A DNA stretch of 57,004 bases from Clostridia bacterium DTU068 (GCA_001513545.1 LFTQ01000162.1:1-57004); one strand, 5' to 3'; shown: positions 37,896 to 48,049, counted from the stretch's first letter. The notes: generated from the letters alone by a model not told the origin. A program made the numbers and translations.

Positions 37896-39236
37896 ATGAA
37901 AATACTTGTTTTGAATTGCGGGAGTTCTTCTGCTAAATATATGGTCTATGACTGGGATGAGAAAAATATCATGTGCAAAGGCATCGTGGAGCGGGTGACC
38001 ATCGGCGGTTCCTTCTGTAAACATGAAGTTACAGGGAAAGACGAGATTAAGATCGATAAAGAGTGCCCTACTCATAAAGAAGCTGTCGAACTTATTCTTG
38101 AACTTTTGGTTAGCCCGGAACACGGTGTTTTAAAAGATGTTAAAGAGATCAATGCTGTGGGACACAGGGTGGTTCACGGAGGAGAAAGGTTTGCCAAATC
38201 GGTTATCATTGATGATGAGGTGCTAAATTCCTTCAAGGAAATCCAGGACTTAGCACCGCTGCACAACCCGGCTAACATCCTGGGAATCGAAGCAGCGATG
38301 AGCATTTTGCCCAATGTGCCGCATATGGCTGTTATGGACACTGCCTGGCATCAGACCATGAAACCGGCACAGTTTATGTATGCCATTCCCTATGAATGGT
38401 ATGAAAAATATAAGGTGCGCCGCTATGGTTTCCACGGTACATCACTGCTTTATGTAGCCAAGAGGGCTGCAGTATTGCTGGGCAAGGACCCATTTGATGT
38501 GAATTTGATCCTCCTCCATGTGGGGAACGGTGTCAGTGCCAATGCTGTAAAGAAAGGGGTTTCCTTCGATACCAGTATGGGCTTTACCCCTCTGGAGGGT
38601 TTGGTCATGGGCACCCGGGCCGGAGACCATGATGCTGCTCTTGGTTATTATATGATGCAGAAGTTGGGTTTAACTGCAAAGGATATGGAAACAATCTTTA
38701 ACAAGAAGAGCGGTTTATTGGGAGTCACCGGTCAATACACTGACCGGCGGGATGTTCTGGAGGCTATGAAGAAGGGTGACCAAAAAGCAGAACTGGCCTT
38801 TGAGATGGAGTGCTACCGGCTTAAGAAATATATAGGTGCTTATGCTGCAGCTCTGGGTGGTGTTGATGCCATTGTCTGGACTGCAGGTGTTGGTGAGATG
38901 TCACCTGATATTAGAGCCCGTGCTATGGAAGGTTTGGAATTTATGGGCATCAAATTTGATCCGGAGAAAAACAGTGTGGCCTGCACCAGAAACTCTGAGT
39001 CTGATATTTCTGCTGCTGACTCCAAAGTGAAAATCTTTGTTATTCCCACAGATGAAGAATTGGTGTTTGTGGAGGATGTAGTGGCACTACTGGAAAACAG
39101 ATATGATGTTCATACCAACTTTAAGTATTCTTTCGAAGATCCAGGGTATAGGAATGCTATGCGTGATGAGCAGTTTGCCAAAGAGTTAGAAAAGAAACCG
39201 GAAAAAGCAAAAGCTGTAGCTAAGATTCCGGGTTGA
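37896..39236 (+). CDS. ackA: Acetate kinase, with roughly 40 extra C-terminal residues
   Basis: MKILVLNCGSSSAKY, GHRVVHGG, LAPLHNPAN and RRYGFHGTS motifs. Confidence 0.9.
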   Translation: MKILVLNCGSSSAKYMVYDWDEKNIMCKGIVERVTIGGSFCKHEVTGKDEIKIDKECPTHKEAVELILELLVSPEHGVLKDVKEINAVGHRVVHGGERFAKSVIIDDEVLNSFKEIQDLAPLHNPANILGIEAAMSILPNVPHMAVMDTAWHQTMKPAQFMYAIPYEWYEKYKVRRYGFHGTSLLYVAKRAAVLLGKDPFDVNLILLHVGNGVSANAVKKGVSFDTSMGFTPLEGLVMGTRAGDHDAALGYYMMQKLGLTAKDMETIFNKKSGLLGVTGQYTDRRDVLEAMKKGDQKAELAFEMECYRLKKYIGAYAAALGGVDAIVWTAGVGEMSPDIRARAMEGLEFMGIKFDPEKNSVACTRNSESDISAADSKVKIFVIPTDEELVFVEDVVALLENRYDVHTNFKYSFEDPGYRNAMRDEQFAKELEKKPEKAKAVAKIPG

Positions 39237-39261
39237 TCCCTGATCTCCAGCTGTTAAAAAG

Positions 39262-39289
39262 GGGGAGGTTTATCAACCTTCCCTTTTTT
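39262..39289 (+). terminator. Rho-independent terminator after ackA
   Basis: GGGGAGGTT / AACCTTCCC stem with a TATC loop, then TTTTTT. Confidence 0.85.
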
Positions 39290-39290
39290 G

Positions 39291-39320
39291 TTGACATTAT
39301 CCTCTGCCCTTGGTTATAAT
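39291..39320 (+). promoter_or_regulatory. Sigma-A type promoter of yceD-rpmF
   Basis: TTGACA (39291-39296), 18 nt, TATAAT (39315-39320). Confidence 0.65.
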
Positions 39321-39346
39321 TTGGATTGTTATCAGAGGTGATAGCT

Positions 39347-39871
39347 TTGATCATTGATGTAAGTGATATCAGAAAGAATAAAGGAAACAGTGAGAGCTTT
39401 CAAGGGAGTTTCCCTGATCTTCATCTGGATATGTCAGATCAGGATACTGGCTTTTACGATCTTCAAGTGAATTGTGAAGCCACAAACACAGGTGAGGGGA
39501 TCCATGTACAGGGAGAGATCACAGGAAAATTAGATCTTAGCTGTAGCCTATGTTTAAACAGGTTTACAGTCGATCTTAAGGCGCCTTTCGCGGAAGAGTT
39601 TTACCGTGAAGGAGAGAGCGTACCTGAGGATCTAGAAGACCCGGTACAGTTCTACCATGGTGAAGAAATTGACCTCTCTGACACCATCAAAGAGAATCTT
39701 GTCTTGACCTTACCAATGAAGCCGTTGTGCAGACCGGATTGCAGAGGGTTATGTCCTCACTGTGGTTGTGATCGAAACATTCAGCAGTGCAGTTGTAAAG
39801 ATGAACAGGTGGACCCGCGCCTCGCTGTACTGGGTGACCTCTTAAAGGATTTTGATTTAGAAAATAAATAA
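39347..39871 (+). CDS. yceD: DUF177 protein YceD (YlbN)
   Basis: Cys-rich C-terminus CRPDCRGLCPHCGCDRN..CSC, and it lies immediately upstream of rpmF. TTG 39347 follows AGAGGTG; the ORF track starts at 39326. Confidence 0.85.
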   Translation: MIIDVSDIRKNKGNSESFQGSFPDLHLDMSDQDTGFYDLQVNCEATNTGEGIHVQGEITGKLDLSCSLCLNRFTVDLKAPFAEEFYREGESVPEDLEDPVQFYHGEEIDLSDTIKENLVLTLPMKPLCRPDCRGLCPHCGCDRNIQQCSCKDEQVDPRLAVLGDLLKDFDLENK

Positions 39872-39893
39872 AATAAAGTGGGGGATAATACAA

Positions 39894-40070
39894 ATGGCTG
39901 TACCGAAAAGAAAAACATCTAAATCTCGGAAAAATAAACGGAGATCGGCAATTAAGCTTACAGGACCTACAATCGTAGACTGTCCGCATTGCCATGAACC
40001 CAAAAGAGCCCATGCGGTTTGTGAGCACTGTGGTTACTACGGAGATAAACAAGTTATTAACAAGGCCTAA
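39894..40070 (+). CDS. rpmF: 50S ribosomal protein L32
   Basis: Not in the ORF track (58 aa). MAVPKRKTSKSRKNKRR...CPHCHEPKRAHAVCEHCGYY is canonical L32 with a zinc ribbon. Confidence 0.95.
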   Translation: MAVPKRKTSKSRKNKRRSAIKLTGPTIVDCPHCHEPKRAHAVCEHCGYYGDKQVINKA

Positions 40071-40084
40071 TCAACAGATGAAAA

Positions 40085-40124
40085 AAGGACAAGGGGCTAA
40101 AAAGACCCTGCTTGTCCTTTTTTT
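40085..40124 (+). terminator. Rho-independent terminator after rpmF
   Basis: AAGGACAAG(GGG)...(CCC)TGCTTGTCCTT stem followed by a 7-T run. Confidence 0.8.
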
Positions 40125-40140
40125 ATAGGAGGCGAGGAGT

Positions 40141-41136
40141 TTGAGGATCGCTGTTGATGTCATGGGTGGTGATTATGCTCCTGGAGAAATTGTGAAAGGA
40201 TCAGTTGATGCGGTAATCAATGATGGGATCGAAGTGGTTTTGGTTGGTGAGGAAGAACAGGTGAGAAATGAGTTAATAAAATATGATTTTCCTGATCATC
40301 TGATCTCAGTGGTGAATGCCGGCGAAACAATAGAGATGGATGAACATCCGGCCAAAGCGGTACGGCGGAAAAAGGATGCTTCACTTGTTGTGGCAACCAG
40401 GCTGGTGAAAAATGGAGAGGCAGCAGCTCTTCTTTCTGCCGGAAACACAGGTGCACAAATGGCAGCAGCACTTTTTGAGTTAGGCCGTTTTCCAGGAGTA
40501 GAGCGTCCAGGTATTGCTACAGTACTGCCTTCTCCCCAAGGGCCAAAGGTATTAATTGATTCAGGGGCAAATGTTGATGCCAAAGCTGAGCATTTGGTTT
40601 GCTTTGCCTATTTAGGCAGTGCTTTTGCCGAAGGGGTACTGGGTATCAGCGAGCCCCGGGTTGCACTGCTCAATATAGGCTCTGAGTCCAGCAAAGGGAA
40701 TGACCTGGTTGTTAAAGCTTACCAGCTTCTGCAGGGAACTGATAAGCTATATTTCAAAGGTAATATTGAAAGCAGAGATTTAATGGCTGCAGATGTTGAT
40801 GTGATTGTTTGTGATGGTTTTGTGGGCAATATTACCCTAAAAGCGGTAGAGGGTATTGCAGCGGTTTTGATGGCCATGATAAAAGATGAGTTAACCCGTA
40901 ACCCACTGCGCCTTTTAGGGGGGGCTTTGGTCAAACCCGGGTTCATCGAGATCAGAAAAAAGCTGGATTACAACGAATACGGTGGTGCTCCTTTATTAGG
41001 TGTAAAGGGACTGAGCATAATCTGCCATGGGAGTTCCCGTGCACGAGCCATCAAAAATGCCATACGCTATGCCCGCCAAGCAGCAGAAAGCAATTTATTG
41101 GGGTTAATAGAGCAGAAACTGGAAGGGATTATTTAA
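40141..41136 (+). CDS. plsX: Phosphate acyltransferase PlsX
   Basis: MRIAVDVMGGDYAP start, and GFVGN and CHGSS motifs. Confidence 0.95.
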   Translation: MRIAVDVMGGDYAPGEIVKGSVDAVINDGIEVVLVGEEEQVRNELIKYDFPDHLISVVNAGETIEMDEHPAKAVRRKKDASLVVATRLVKNGEAAALLSAGNTGAQMAAALFELGRFPGVERPGIATVLPSPQGPKVLIDSGANVDAKAEHLVCFAYLGSAFAEGVLGISEPRVALLNIGSESSKGNDLVVKAYQLLQGTDKLYFKGNIESRDLMAADVDVIVCDGFVGNITLKAVEGIAAVLMAMIKDELTRNPLRLLGGALVKPGFIEIRKKLDYNEYGGAPLLGVKGLSIICHGSSRARAIKNAIRYARQAAESNLLGLIEQKLEGII

Positions 41137-41238
41137 GAAATAAGAGAAAGGTTCTTGACAATTAATTTTGACTTATTAAAATGTTTTTAGTAAATTTTGC
41201 TCATACTTATAGTGGCGGACACGGGGGAGGTGATGTAG

Positions 41239-41484
41239 ATGAGTAGTATGAACGGACAGGGTATTTTAGAAAAAGTAAAAGCCATCATCACCGAACAGCT
41301 GGGTGTTGAGGGAGAAGAAATAACCGAAAGCACATCCTTTGAAGATTTGAATGCAGATTCACTGGATGTTGTGGAGCTGATTATGGCTTTCGAAGAGGAA
41401 TTCGATCTGGAGATATCAGATGAAGAGGCGGAAAAAATTAAAACCGTCGGGGATGTAGTGGATTATATTAGGGATCGCCAATAA
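41239..41484 (+). CDS. acpP: Acyl carrier protein
   Basis: [19 protein letters not shown] phosphopantetheine-serine motif. Confidence 0.9.
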   Translation: MSSMNGQGILEKVKAIITEQLGVEGEEITESTSFEDLNADSLDVVELIMAFEEEFDLEISDEEAEKIKTVGDVVDYIRDRQ

Positions 41485-41540
41485 GCGTTTTTGCGTCCGA
41501 TGGAACAGCTTTGGCGGAGGACTATCTGGAGGCATGATCA

Positions 41541-42284
41541 TTGGATCCCAGAATTGATCAATTACAAAAGAAGATCGATGTCTATTTCAAACAGCCGGAA
41601 CTGCTGAGGACAGCTGTAACTCATCCTTCTTATTTGGCAGAGCATCCAGATGAAAAACAGCACAACCAGAGGTTGGAGTTTTTGGGTGATGCTATTTTAG
41701 GTGCAGCTGTGGCTTACTATCTTTATAATAACTTCCCCGATGCAGCAGAAGGAAGTTTGACCAAAATAAGAGCTGCAGTTGTTTGTGAGCCATCTCTGGC
41801 CAATCTAGCTCAAAAAATAGGGTTGGGAGAGCACCTTCAGCTGGGACGGGGGGAGGATCTCTCCGGAGGCAGGAAACGTCCTTCTATTTTGGCTGATGCT
41901 TTTGAAGCTTTGACTGCAGCAATTTATCTGGATCAGGGTTGGGAAAAGACCTGTGATTTTTTATGGAAGCACTTCAGAGAAGAAATTGAAAAAGCTGTCC
42001 AGGGTGTTTCCAGGGATTATAAATCCATGCTGCAGGAACTTGTTCAACGCAATGGCAGGGAAAAGGTAACTTACCGTTTGCTGTCTGAATCAGGGCCTGA
42101 TCATGATAAACTCTTTATTTCAGGTGTTTTTATAGACAACAGAATGTTGGGCAAAGGCAGTGGAAAATCAAAAAAAGAGTCTGAACAACGAGCGGCACAG
42201 GCTGCTGTAGAACTTTTAAGAGAAAAGGATGTAGAAAGGGATATTTCACTAACACAATCCCTCATTAAGAAGGAATTCATGTGA
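41541..42284 (+). CDS. rnc: Ribonuclease III
   Basis: NQRLEFLGDAIL signature and a C-terminal dsRBD (SGKSKKESEQRAAQAA). Confidence 0.95.
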   Translation: MDPRIDQLQKKIDVYFKQPELLRTAVTHPSYLAEHPDEKQHNQRLEFLGDAILGAAVAYYLYNNFPDAAEGSLTKIRAAVVCEPSLANLAQKIGLGEHLQLGRGEDLSGGRKRPSILADAFEALTAAIYLDQGWEKTCDFLWKHFREEIEKAVQGVSRDYKSMLQELVQRNGREKVTYRLLSESGPDHDKLFISGVFIDNRMLGKGSGKSKKESEQRAAQAAVELLREKDVERDISLTQSLIKKEFM

Positions 42285-42296
42285 TTGAGGTAGAAT
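42269..42296 (+). promoter_or_regulatory. Possible sigma-H type promoter for spoVS
   Basis: GAAGGAATT (42269-42277), 12 nt, GTAGAAT (42290-42296). This fits RNAGGAWWW-N11-12-RNNGAAT and overlaps the rnc stop. Confidence 0.4.
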
Positions 42297-42345
42297 ATAC
42301 TAATCGAGTTCCAATACCTCAAACACTGCAGAAAAAGGGGGAAAT

Positions 42346-42609
42346 GTGGTGGAAGTGCTCAAAGTTTCAGCCCAATCAAGTCCTAAATCAGTGGCCGGTG
42401 CTCTTACTGCGATTTTGAGAGAAAACGGTTTTGCAGAAGTGCAAGCAGTTGGTGCGGGTGCTGTTAACCAGGCGGTTAAGGCTATCGCTATTACCCGTGG
42501 TTTTATTGCACCCAACGGGGTTGATTTAGTTACAATACCTGCTTTCGTTGAGATCAATATCGATGGTGAAGAGCGGACAGCAATTAAGTTTATTGTTGAG
42601 CCTAGGTAA
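42346..42609 (+). CDS. spoVS: Stage V sporulation protein S
   Basis: LKVSAQSSPKSVAGALTAILRENG...QAVGAGAVNQAVKAIAITRGF...GEERTAIKFIVEPR closely matches the SpoVS family. Confidence 0.9.
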   Translation: MVEVLKVSAQSSPKSVAGALTAILRENGFAEVQAVGAGAVNQAVKAIAITRGFIAPNGVDLVTIPAFVEINIDGEERTAIKFIVEPR

Positions 42610-42611
42610 GG

Positions 42612-45600
42612 TTGTTAGTGGTGTACCTCAAGCGCTTAGAGATTCAAGGTTTTAAGTCTTTTGCAGAACGTGTAGTTATTGAGTTTGATAAGGGTATAAC
42701 AGTTATAGTTGGCCCTAATGGGTGTGGAAAAAGCAATCTTACAGATGCTGTTAAATGGGTATTGGGTGAACAGAGTGCCCGCTCTCTTAGAGGGTACCGT
42801 ATGGATGATGTTATATTTTCTGGGACTTCCAGACGGAGGCCTCTAGGAATGGCTGAGGTATCGTTAACTTTTGACAACAGTGATCAGACATTACCATTAC
42901 CTTATCAAGAAGTTAACATAACAAGGCGTGTTTTCAAGTCCGGAGAAGGAGAATACCTTATTAATAAAAATGTATGCCGCTTGCGCGATATCCAGGAGCT
43001 TTTTGCTCAGTGTGGTATTAGCCGTGCGGCTTTTTCTATTACCTCTCAGGGTAAGATCGATGAATTTATTATGGTGCCTCCCCAGGAAAGAAGGATTTTT
43101 CTCGAAGATATTGCCGGGGTGCGCAGTTACCGCCAGCGTAAAAATGAGGCTCTCCGTAAACTACAGGAGACTGAAGATTCCTTGGTTCGGATCCGGGATC
43201 TGCTGACAGAATTAGAAATGAGGCGCGTTCCGTTACAACAACAAGCTGAGATGGCGGAACAGTACCAGCGATTATTAACGTTATGCAAAGTTGTGGAAGA
43301 ACGCCTGTTGGAAGGGCAGCTGGCCGGGATAAGTCACAAGGAAGAGTTGTTGCTGGATGAATGTGAAAAACTCAAGTCTTCTCTCCTGTTTTTAGAGGGC
43401 GGTTTTACACTTCTGGAAAAAGATCTGGAAGATTTTAAGCTGGGCCTGGCTGCCAGGAGAAAGGGTATTGAGCAGCAGGACAATAAACTGGATGAGCTGG
43501 GAAAAGTCTTTCAGGAAGTCAATGCTGATTATGTGCGTTTGGAGGAAAAGTTGGTCTCCTGTGAGAACAGGAAAAAGGAACTAAAGGCCAGACTATCGGT
43601 TATTTTGGAGAGAAAAAAGGAAACAAAAGAAGAGTTGGCGGAAGTGGAGGCAGCTTGTGTAAGGTTGCGGGATCTGCAGTTGGATGCTCAGCAGAAATTG
43701 ACTGGTTTAGAGGAGGAAAAAAGAGCCTGGGAAGAACAGAAGAAGCTGACAAACAAAAGCTGGGAAGATATAGATCAGGAGATCTTTGATATACTCCACC
43801 GGAAGACTTCACTGGTCAGTGAGGTACGGGTGCTCAAAAACAAAAAAGAGGTCTTGGCTCGCCAGCAGGAATCCATAAATAAGAAGAACGTAGCAGCAAT
43901 AGCGCAGCTTGAAGAACTTCAGAAAAATATCCAAACAGTTGAGGAAAAGTGCAGAGGATATGAAGCACTTTTGGCTGGAAAAAATGCTGAATTGGCAAAA
44001 GAAGAGAATCGCCTGGAGTCTTTGACAAGGGAACAGGAAAATCTATCTGCTCAGCTTAATTCCCTATCACAACAGATTAATAGGGATCAGGAGCGCTTCA
44101 GAATATTGAAAGACGCGGAAAACCATCAAGAGGGTTATCAGCAAGGGGTCAGAAAGATTCTGCAGGCAACAGCTGCAGGGGTTAGGTTTAATGGGGAACT
44201 GCTCGTTCTGGTAGAGGAGTTGCTGCAGATCGACCCCACATATGGCGTAGCTTTGGATGCTGCTTTAGGGCGTGCTGCCCATCACTTTATCTGTGACACT
44301 CCCCAGGCTGCCCAGGAAGCTATTGCTTTTCTCAAAAAAGAGAAGGGGGGAAGAGCGAGTTTTTTCCCGCTCAGCGCACTGCGATACTGGTCTTCACCGG
44401 TGAAAGGGAAGATAGAAACGGTGAATGGTTTTATCGGCAGGATGGCAGATCTAATTACCTGTAAAAATTGGTACAGAAAGCTAGTTGAATACTTGTTGGG
44501 TAGGACTTATCTCGTCGACAATTTGCAAAATGCCAGTATTTTTGCAGAGAAGAATAAATATCAGTATCGAGTGGTAACACTGCAGGGGGATTTGATCCAA
44601 TCCGGAGGCCTGTTTACAGGAGGTGCTTCAAAATCCCGTTATCCCACTACCCGTGGGCGTAAGCAGGAACTGGCTCAGCTGGAGGTAAAAATGCTGAAAT
44701 GCCGCCGGGAATATTCTCAATATGATGAGCGAAACAAAAAACTGCAGGCCGAGCGGGAGGCAGTTAAGAACAGGATTCAAGAGATCCGGGAAAACTGTAA
44801 ACGTTCAGAGGATGCCATGAGGGATAATCAGCATCAACTAAGCATCTGGACTCAGGAACTGAAAAAACTCCAGGATTTTATTGAGAACTGCCGGTTGGAA
44901 AGTGAAGAATTGCGGTACCACCAGCAGGAATTAAACCGGCAGCTAAGTGAGCTGGAAAAGGATTTGGAATTGGTCAGTGCCAGAGAACGAGAGGTGGAAA
45001 CTAAGAGGGCTGATTTAGAAAAGATCCGTCAGGGTTCTGAGGAGAAAACCCAGGATATTATGTCCAAGCTCTCAAAAGCCCAGGTTTCTTTCAGTACCTT
45101 AACCCAGGATCTGAAACATCAGGAACAGAAAAAGGAGCAGATCAAGCAGTTGCTGGAACTGCGGGAGCAGGAATTCAAGAAAGTAGAAAATGATCTACAT
45201 GTCTTGAAGGATGAGATAAGTGGTATTTTGGAGCGGAAGGATCACCTACAGCAGCAGTTGGCTGCTTTAACAAAACGAAAAAATGAAATAAATGAAACAA
45301 TTGTTTTTCGCAAAAAACAGGTGGCTGCTTGGGAGAGGTATATCAACGCTCGAGAAAGAAGATTCCTTAAAATAAAAGAGATTTTAATGAAATCAAAACA
45401 GCGGCTTCAGAACAACAGTATTAAACTGCAGCACTTAAGAGAACAGAGGGATGAGATCTTCATAAAAGCTGCAGAAGACAATCTGAGATTGGATCAGGAT
45501 AACCCAAAAACCCTCAATCGCAGGGAAGAGTACGAGTTGAAAGAAAAAGTGATCCTTTTGAAAAAGGAAATGACAGATTTAGGTGAGATCAATTTTGCTG

Positions 45601-46208
45601 CACCTGGAGAGTACTTAGAAATAAATGAGCGGATCGACAACATTAAACAGCAGATTACCGATCTGGAGGAAGGGAAACGCTCATTGACCAAAATGATTGC
45701 GGATTTTGACCGGGTGGCGGCTGCAAAATTTAAGAAAACTTATCAGGAGGTAAGGTCAAATTTTCAAGAAATATATCATCTGCTCAGTAACGGTGGAGAG
45801 GCAGATCTCACACTGACTGATAAGAATGATATGCTGGAAACCGGTATTGACATTTGTGTTGTCCCCCGGGGCAAAAAGCCGCGGTATCTTTCCCTGCTTT
45901 CCGGAGGGGAGAAAGCGCTTACAGGGATTTCATTCCTGTTTGCTATGTTGCAATCAAATCCCAGTCCTTTTTATCTGTTGGATGAGATTGATGCATTTCT
46001 CGATGAAGCAAATTTGATTCGTTTTGCCAATTTTTTGCGAAAGTGGAGTGCCGGTCACCAGTTGATTTTAATCTCACATCGCTATCATACCATGGAGATT
46101 GCCGATCATCTCTTTGGAGTAACCATGTATGAGCCAGGGGTATCAAAAATAGTGTCTGTTGAGCTAAGTGAATACGCTCCTGAAAACGAAGAACAGTACA
46201 TATCCTGA
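42612..46208 (+). CDS. smc: Chromosome partition protein Smc
   Basis: LEIQGFKSF start, Walker A GPNGCGKSN, long coiled coils with a hinge, and C-terminal LSGGEKALT and LLDEIDA motifs. 1198 aa. Confidence 0.95.
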   Translation: MLVVYLKRLEIQGFKSFAERVVIEFDKGITVIVGPNGCGKSNLTDAVKWVLGEQSARSLRGYRMDDVIFSGTSRRRPLGMAEVSLTFDNSDQTLPLPYQEVNITRRVFKSGEGEYLINKNVCRLRDIQELFAQCGISRAAFSITSQGKIDEFIMVPPQERRIFLEDIAGVRSYRQRKNEALRKLQETEDSLVRIRDLLTELEMRRVPLQQQAEMAEQYQRLLTLCKVVEERLLEGQLAGISHKEELLLDECEKLKSSLLFLEGGFTLLEKDLEDFKLGLAARRKGIEQQDNKLDELGKVFQEVNADYVRLEEKLVSCENRKKELKARLSVILERKKETKEELAEVEAACVRLRDLQLDAQQKLTGLEEEKRAWEEQKKLTNKSWEDIDQEIFDILHRKTSLVSEVRVLKNKKEVLARQQESINKKNVAAIAQLEELQKNIQTVEEKCRGYEALLAGKNAELAKEENRLESLTREQENLSAQLNSLSQQINRDQERFRILKDAENHQEGYQQGVRKILQATAAGVRFNGELLVLVEELLQIDPTYGVALDAALGRAAHHFICDTPQAAQEAIAFLKKEKGGRASFFPLSALRYWSSPVKGKIETVNGFIGRMADLITCKNWYRKLVEYLLGRTYLVDNLQNASIFAEKNKYQYRVVTLQGDLIQSGGLFTGGASKSRYPTTRGRKQELAQLEVKMLKCRREYSQYDERNKKLQAEREAVKNRIQEIRENCKRSEDAMRDNQHQLSIWTQELKKLQDFIENCRLESEELRYHQQELNRQLSELEKDLELVSAREREVETKRADLEKIRQGSEEKTQDIMSKLSKAQVSFSTLTQDLKHQEQKKEQIKQLLELREQEFKKVENDLHVLKDEISGILERKDHLQQQLAALTKRKNEINETIVFRKKQVAAWERYINARERRFLKIKEILMKSKQRLQNNSIKLQHLREQRDEIFIKAAEDNLRLDQDNPKTLNRREEYELKEKVILLKKEMTDLGEINFAAPGEYLEINERIDNIKQQITDLEEGKRSLTKMIADFDRVAAAKFKKTYQEVRSNFQEIYHLLSNGGEADLTLTDKNDMLETGIDICVVPRGKKPRYLSLLSGGEKALTGISFLFAMLQSNPSPFYLLDEIDAFLDEANLIRFANFLRKWSAGHQLILISHRYHTMEIADHLFGVTMYEPGVSKIVSVELSEYAPENEEQYIS

Positions 46209-46293
46209 TTTTTCCCTTCAATGCCTGGGTATCAAGGAGCGTTAAATGACATCTTATGGTACAATAGGTTTGAACTTAAAAAATAAGGTTGTG

Positions 46294-47226
46294 ATGGAAA
46301 TGGTTGCTTTTTTCAGTAAATTTAAAGAAACACTGAACAAGACACGCCAGAATTTTGTCTCCAAAGTAACAGAGCTAGTAGCAATACGGAAAAAGATTGA
46401 TGAAGAGTTTTATGAGGAACTGGAGGATATCCTTCTTCAGGCAGATGTGGGGGTTGCTGCAACCTGTCGTCTGATAGAGGAGATCCGCCAGGAGGTTAAA
46501 AAGAAAAAACTCAGTGACACAGATGGTGTGCGTGATCTGCTCCAAGAGAAGATGAAGGAGTTGTTAGGGGAAAACGCACCTTTAAACTTGAGTTCTGATT
46601 CGCCGACCGTTGTTCTTTTCGTCGGGGTCAACGGTGTTGGCAAAACCACATCCATCGGAAAATTGGCTTATCGGATGAAAAATGAGGGACGTGAGGTGCT
46701 TTTAGTGGCCGCAGATACATTCCGGGCTGCTGCTATTGAGCAACTGGAGATCTGGGGAAAAAGGACAGATTGCGGAGTTATCAAACAACAGACAGGTTCG
46801 GACCCGGCTGCTGTGGTCTATGATGCACTACAGGCCGCCAAAAAAAGAGGGGTTGATGTGGTGCTCATTGATACAGCAGGCCGTTTGCACACAAAATACA
46901 ATCTTATGGAGGAACTGCGCAAAATTAAAAGGGTAATTACCAGAGAGATACCTGAAGCCCCTCATGAGGTTTTGCTGGTGGTTGATGCTGCCACAGGTCA
47001 GAACGCTATACGTCAGGCTGAAATATTCAAGGACACCACAGGAATCACCGGTGTTGTTTTGACCAAACTTGATGGCACGGCAAAAGGGGGCATTGTATTG
47101 GCCATTTCCGAAGAGATGGGGATTCCGGTCAAAATGGTCGGTACAGGGGAGGGCCTTGATGACCTGAAAGATTTTGACAGTGCTGAGTTTGTGGATGCAC
47201 TTTTTGCTGAGGAGGGTGTGGAGTGA
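46294..47226 (+). CDS. ftsY: Signal recognition particle receptor FtsY (short form, NG domain only)
   Basis: GVNGVGKTTSIGKLA, DTAGRLH and TKLDGTAKGG motifs. The start could be 46246, 46294 or 46300. Confidence 0.9.
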   Translation: MEMVAFFSKFKETLNKTRQNFVSKVTELVAIRKKIDEEFYEELEDILLQADVGVAATCRLIEEIRQEVKKKKLSDTDGVRDLLQEKMKELLGENAPLNLSSDSPTVVLFVGVNGVGKTTSIGKLAYRMKNEGREVLLVAADTFRAAAIEQLEIWGKRTDCGVIKQQTGSDPAAVVYDALQAAKKRGVDVVLIDTAGRLHTKYNLMEELRKIKRVITREIPEAPHEVLLVVDAATGQNAIRQAEIFKDTTGITGVVLTKLDGTAKGGIVLAISEEMGIPVKMVGTGEGLDDLKDFDSAEFVDALFAEEGVE

Positions 47227-48026
47227 AGGCAGGAATTATTGGTGGGACAGGTTTTTATGACCCCGGATTTTTGGAGAAGGAAAGGGATCTGCTGGTCCCA
47301 ACACCCTATGGGGATGTTGTTTTAAAAGCCGGTTATTATCAAAACAGGGAGGTTCTTTTTTTACCCCGGCATGGGGAACAGCATTCAGTTCCTCCTCATC
47401 TGGTGAACTACCGGGCAAATATATGGGCATTGCATGAGGCAGGTGCAGATTTTGTTCTGGCGACTGCGGCGGTTGGCTCACTGAATCAGGAGATGCATCC
47501 TGGGGAGATTGTTCTGGTGGATCAGTTTCTGGATTTCACCAAGTGCCGTCCCTTGACCTTTTATGAGGGTGGGGATGATGGTGTGCTCCATGTCGATGTT
47601 ACCCATCCCTACTGTCCGAATCTTCGCAGGCACATAGCCGAAAAAGCAGCAGAACTTCAGATTCGGGTTCATGAGAAAGGCACTTATGTCTGCACAGAGG
47701 GTCCCCGCTATGAAACAGCTGCTGAAATACGCATGTTCCATATGATGGGGGGAGATGTGGTGGGGATGACCAGTGTGCCTGAGGTTGTTCTCGCCAGGGA
47801 AGCTGGGCTTTGTTATGCAGCTCTGGCTCTGGTCACCAACTATGCTGCCGGTATATCACCTACATCTCTGTCACATCGTGAGGTTATTGAAGTTATGAGC
47901 AGGTCACAGGATGCTCTGCGCAATCTGATCTATAGCTCCCTTGCCTCCCTTTCTGAAACACGCAGTTGTGCATGTGCCAGTGCTGCAGCAGAACTGGGAT
48001 CCCTTGGTTTGAAAAAGAACGATTAG
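47223..48026 (+). CDS. mtnP: S-methyl-5'-thioadenosine (or thioinosine) phosphorylase, PNP family
   Basis: IIGGTGFYD, FLPRHG..H..PPH.VNYRANIWAL and MTSVPE motifs. GTGA overlap with the ftsY stop. Confidence 0.8.
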   Translation: MKAGIIGGTGFYDPGFLEKERDLLVPTPYGDVVLKAGYYQNREVLFLPRHGEQHSVPPHLVNYRANIWALHEAGADFVLATAAVGSLNQEMHPGEIVLVDQFLDFTKCRPLTFYEGGDDGVLHVDVTHPYCPNLRRHIAEKAAELQIRVHEKGTYVCTEGPRYETAAEIRMFHMMGGDVVGMTSVPEVVLAREAGLCYAALALVTNYAAGISPTSLSHREVIEVMSRSQDALRNLIYSSLASLSETRSCACASAAAELGSLGLKKND

Positions 48027-48049
48027 CTAAACAAATGAAGGAGCGATCA

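Noticed and set aside
42285-42325. 8-bp inverted repeat TTGAGGTA...TACCTCAA straddling the rnc stop, considered as a terminator or RNase III site.
   Set aside because: The loop is 22 nt, there is no U-run, and the region is better explained by the sigma-H-like promoter. It is statistically unremarkable.
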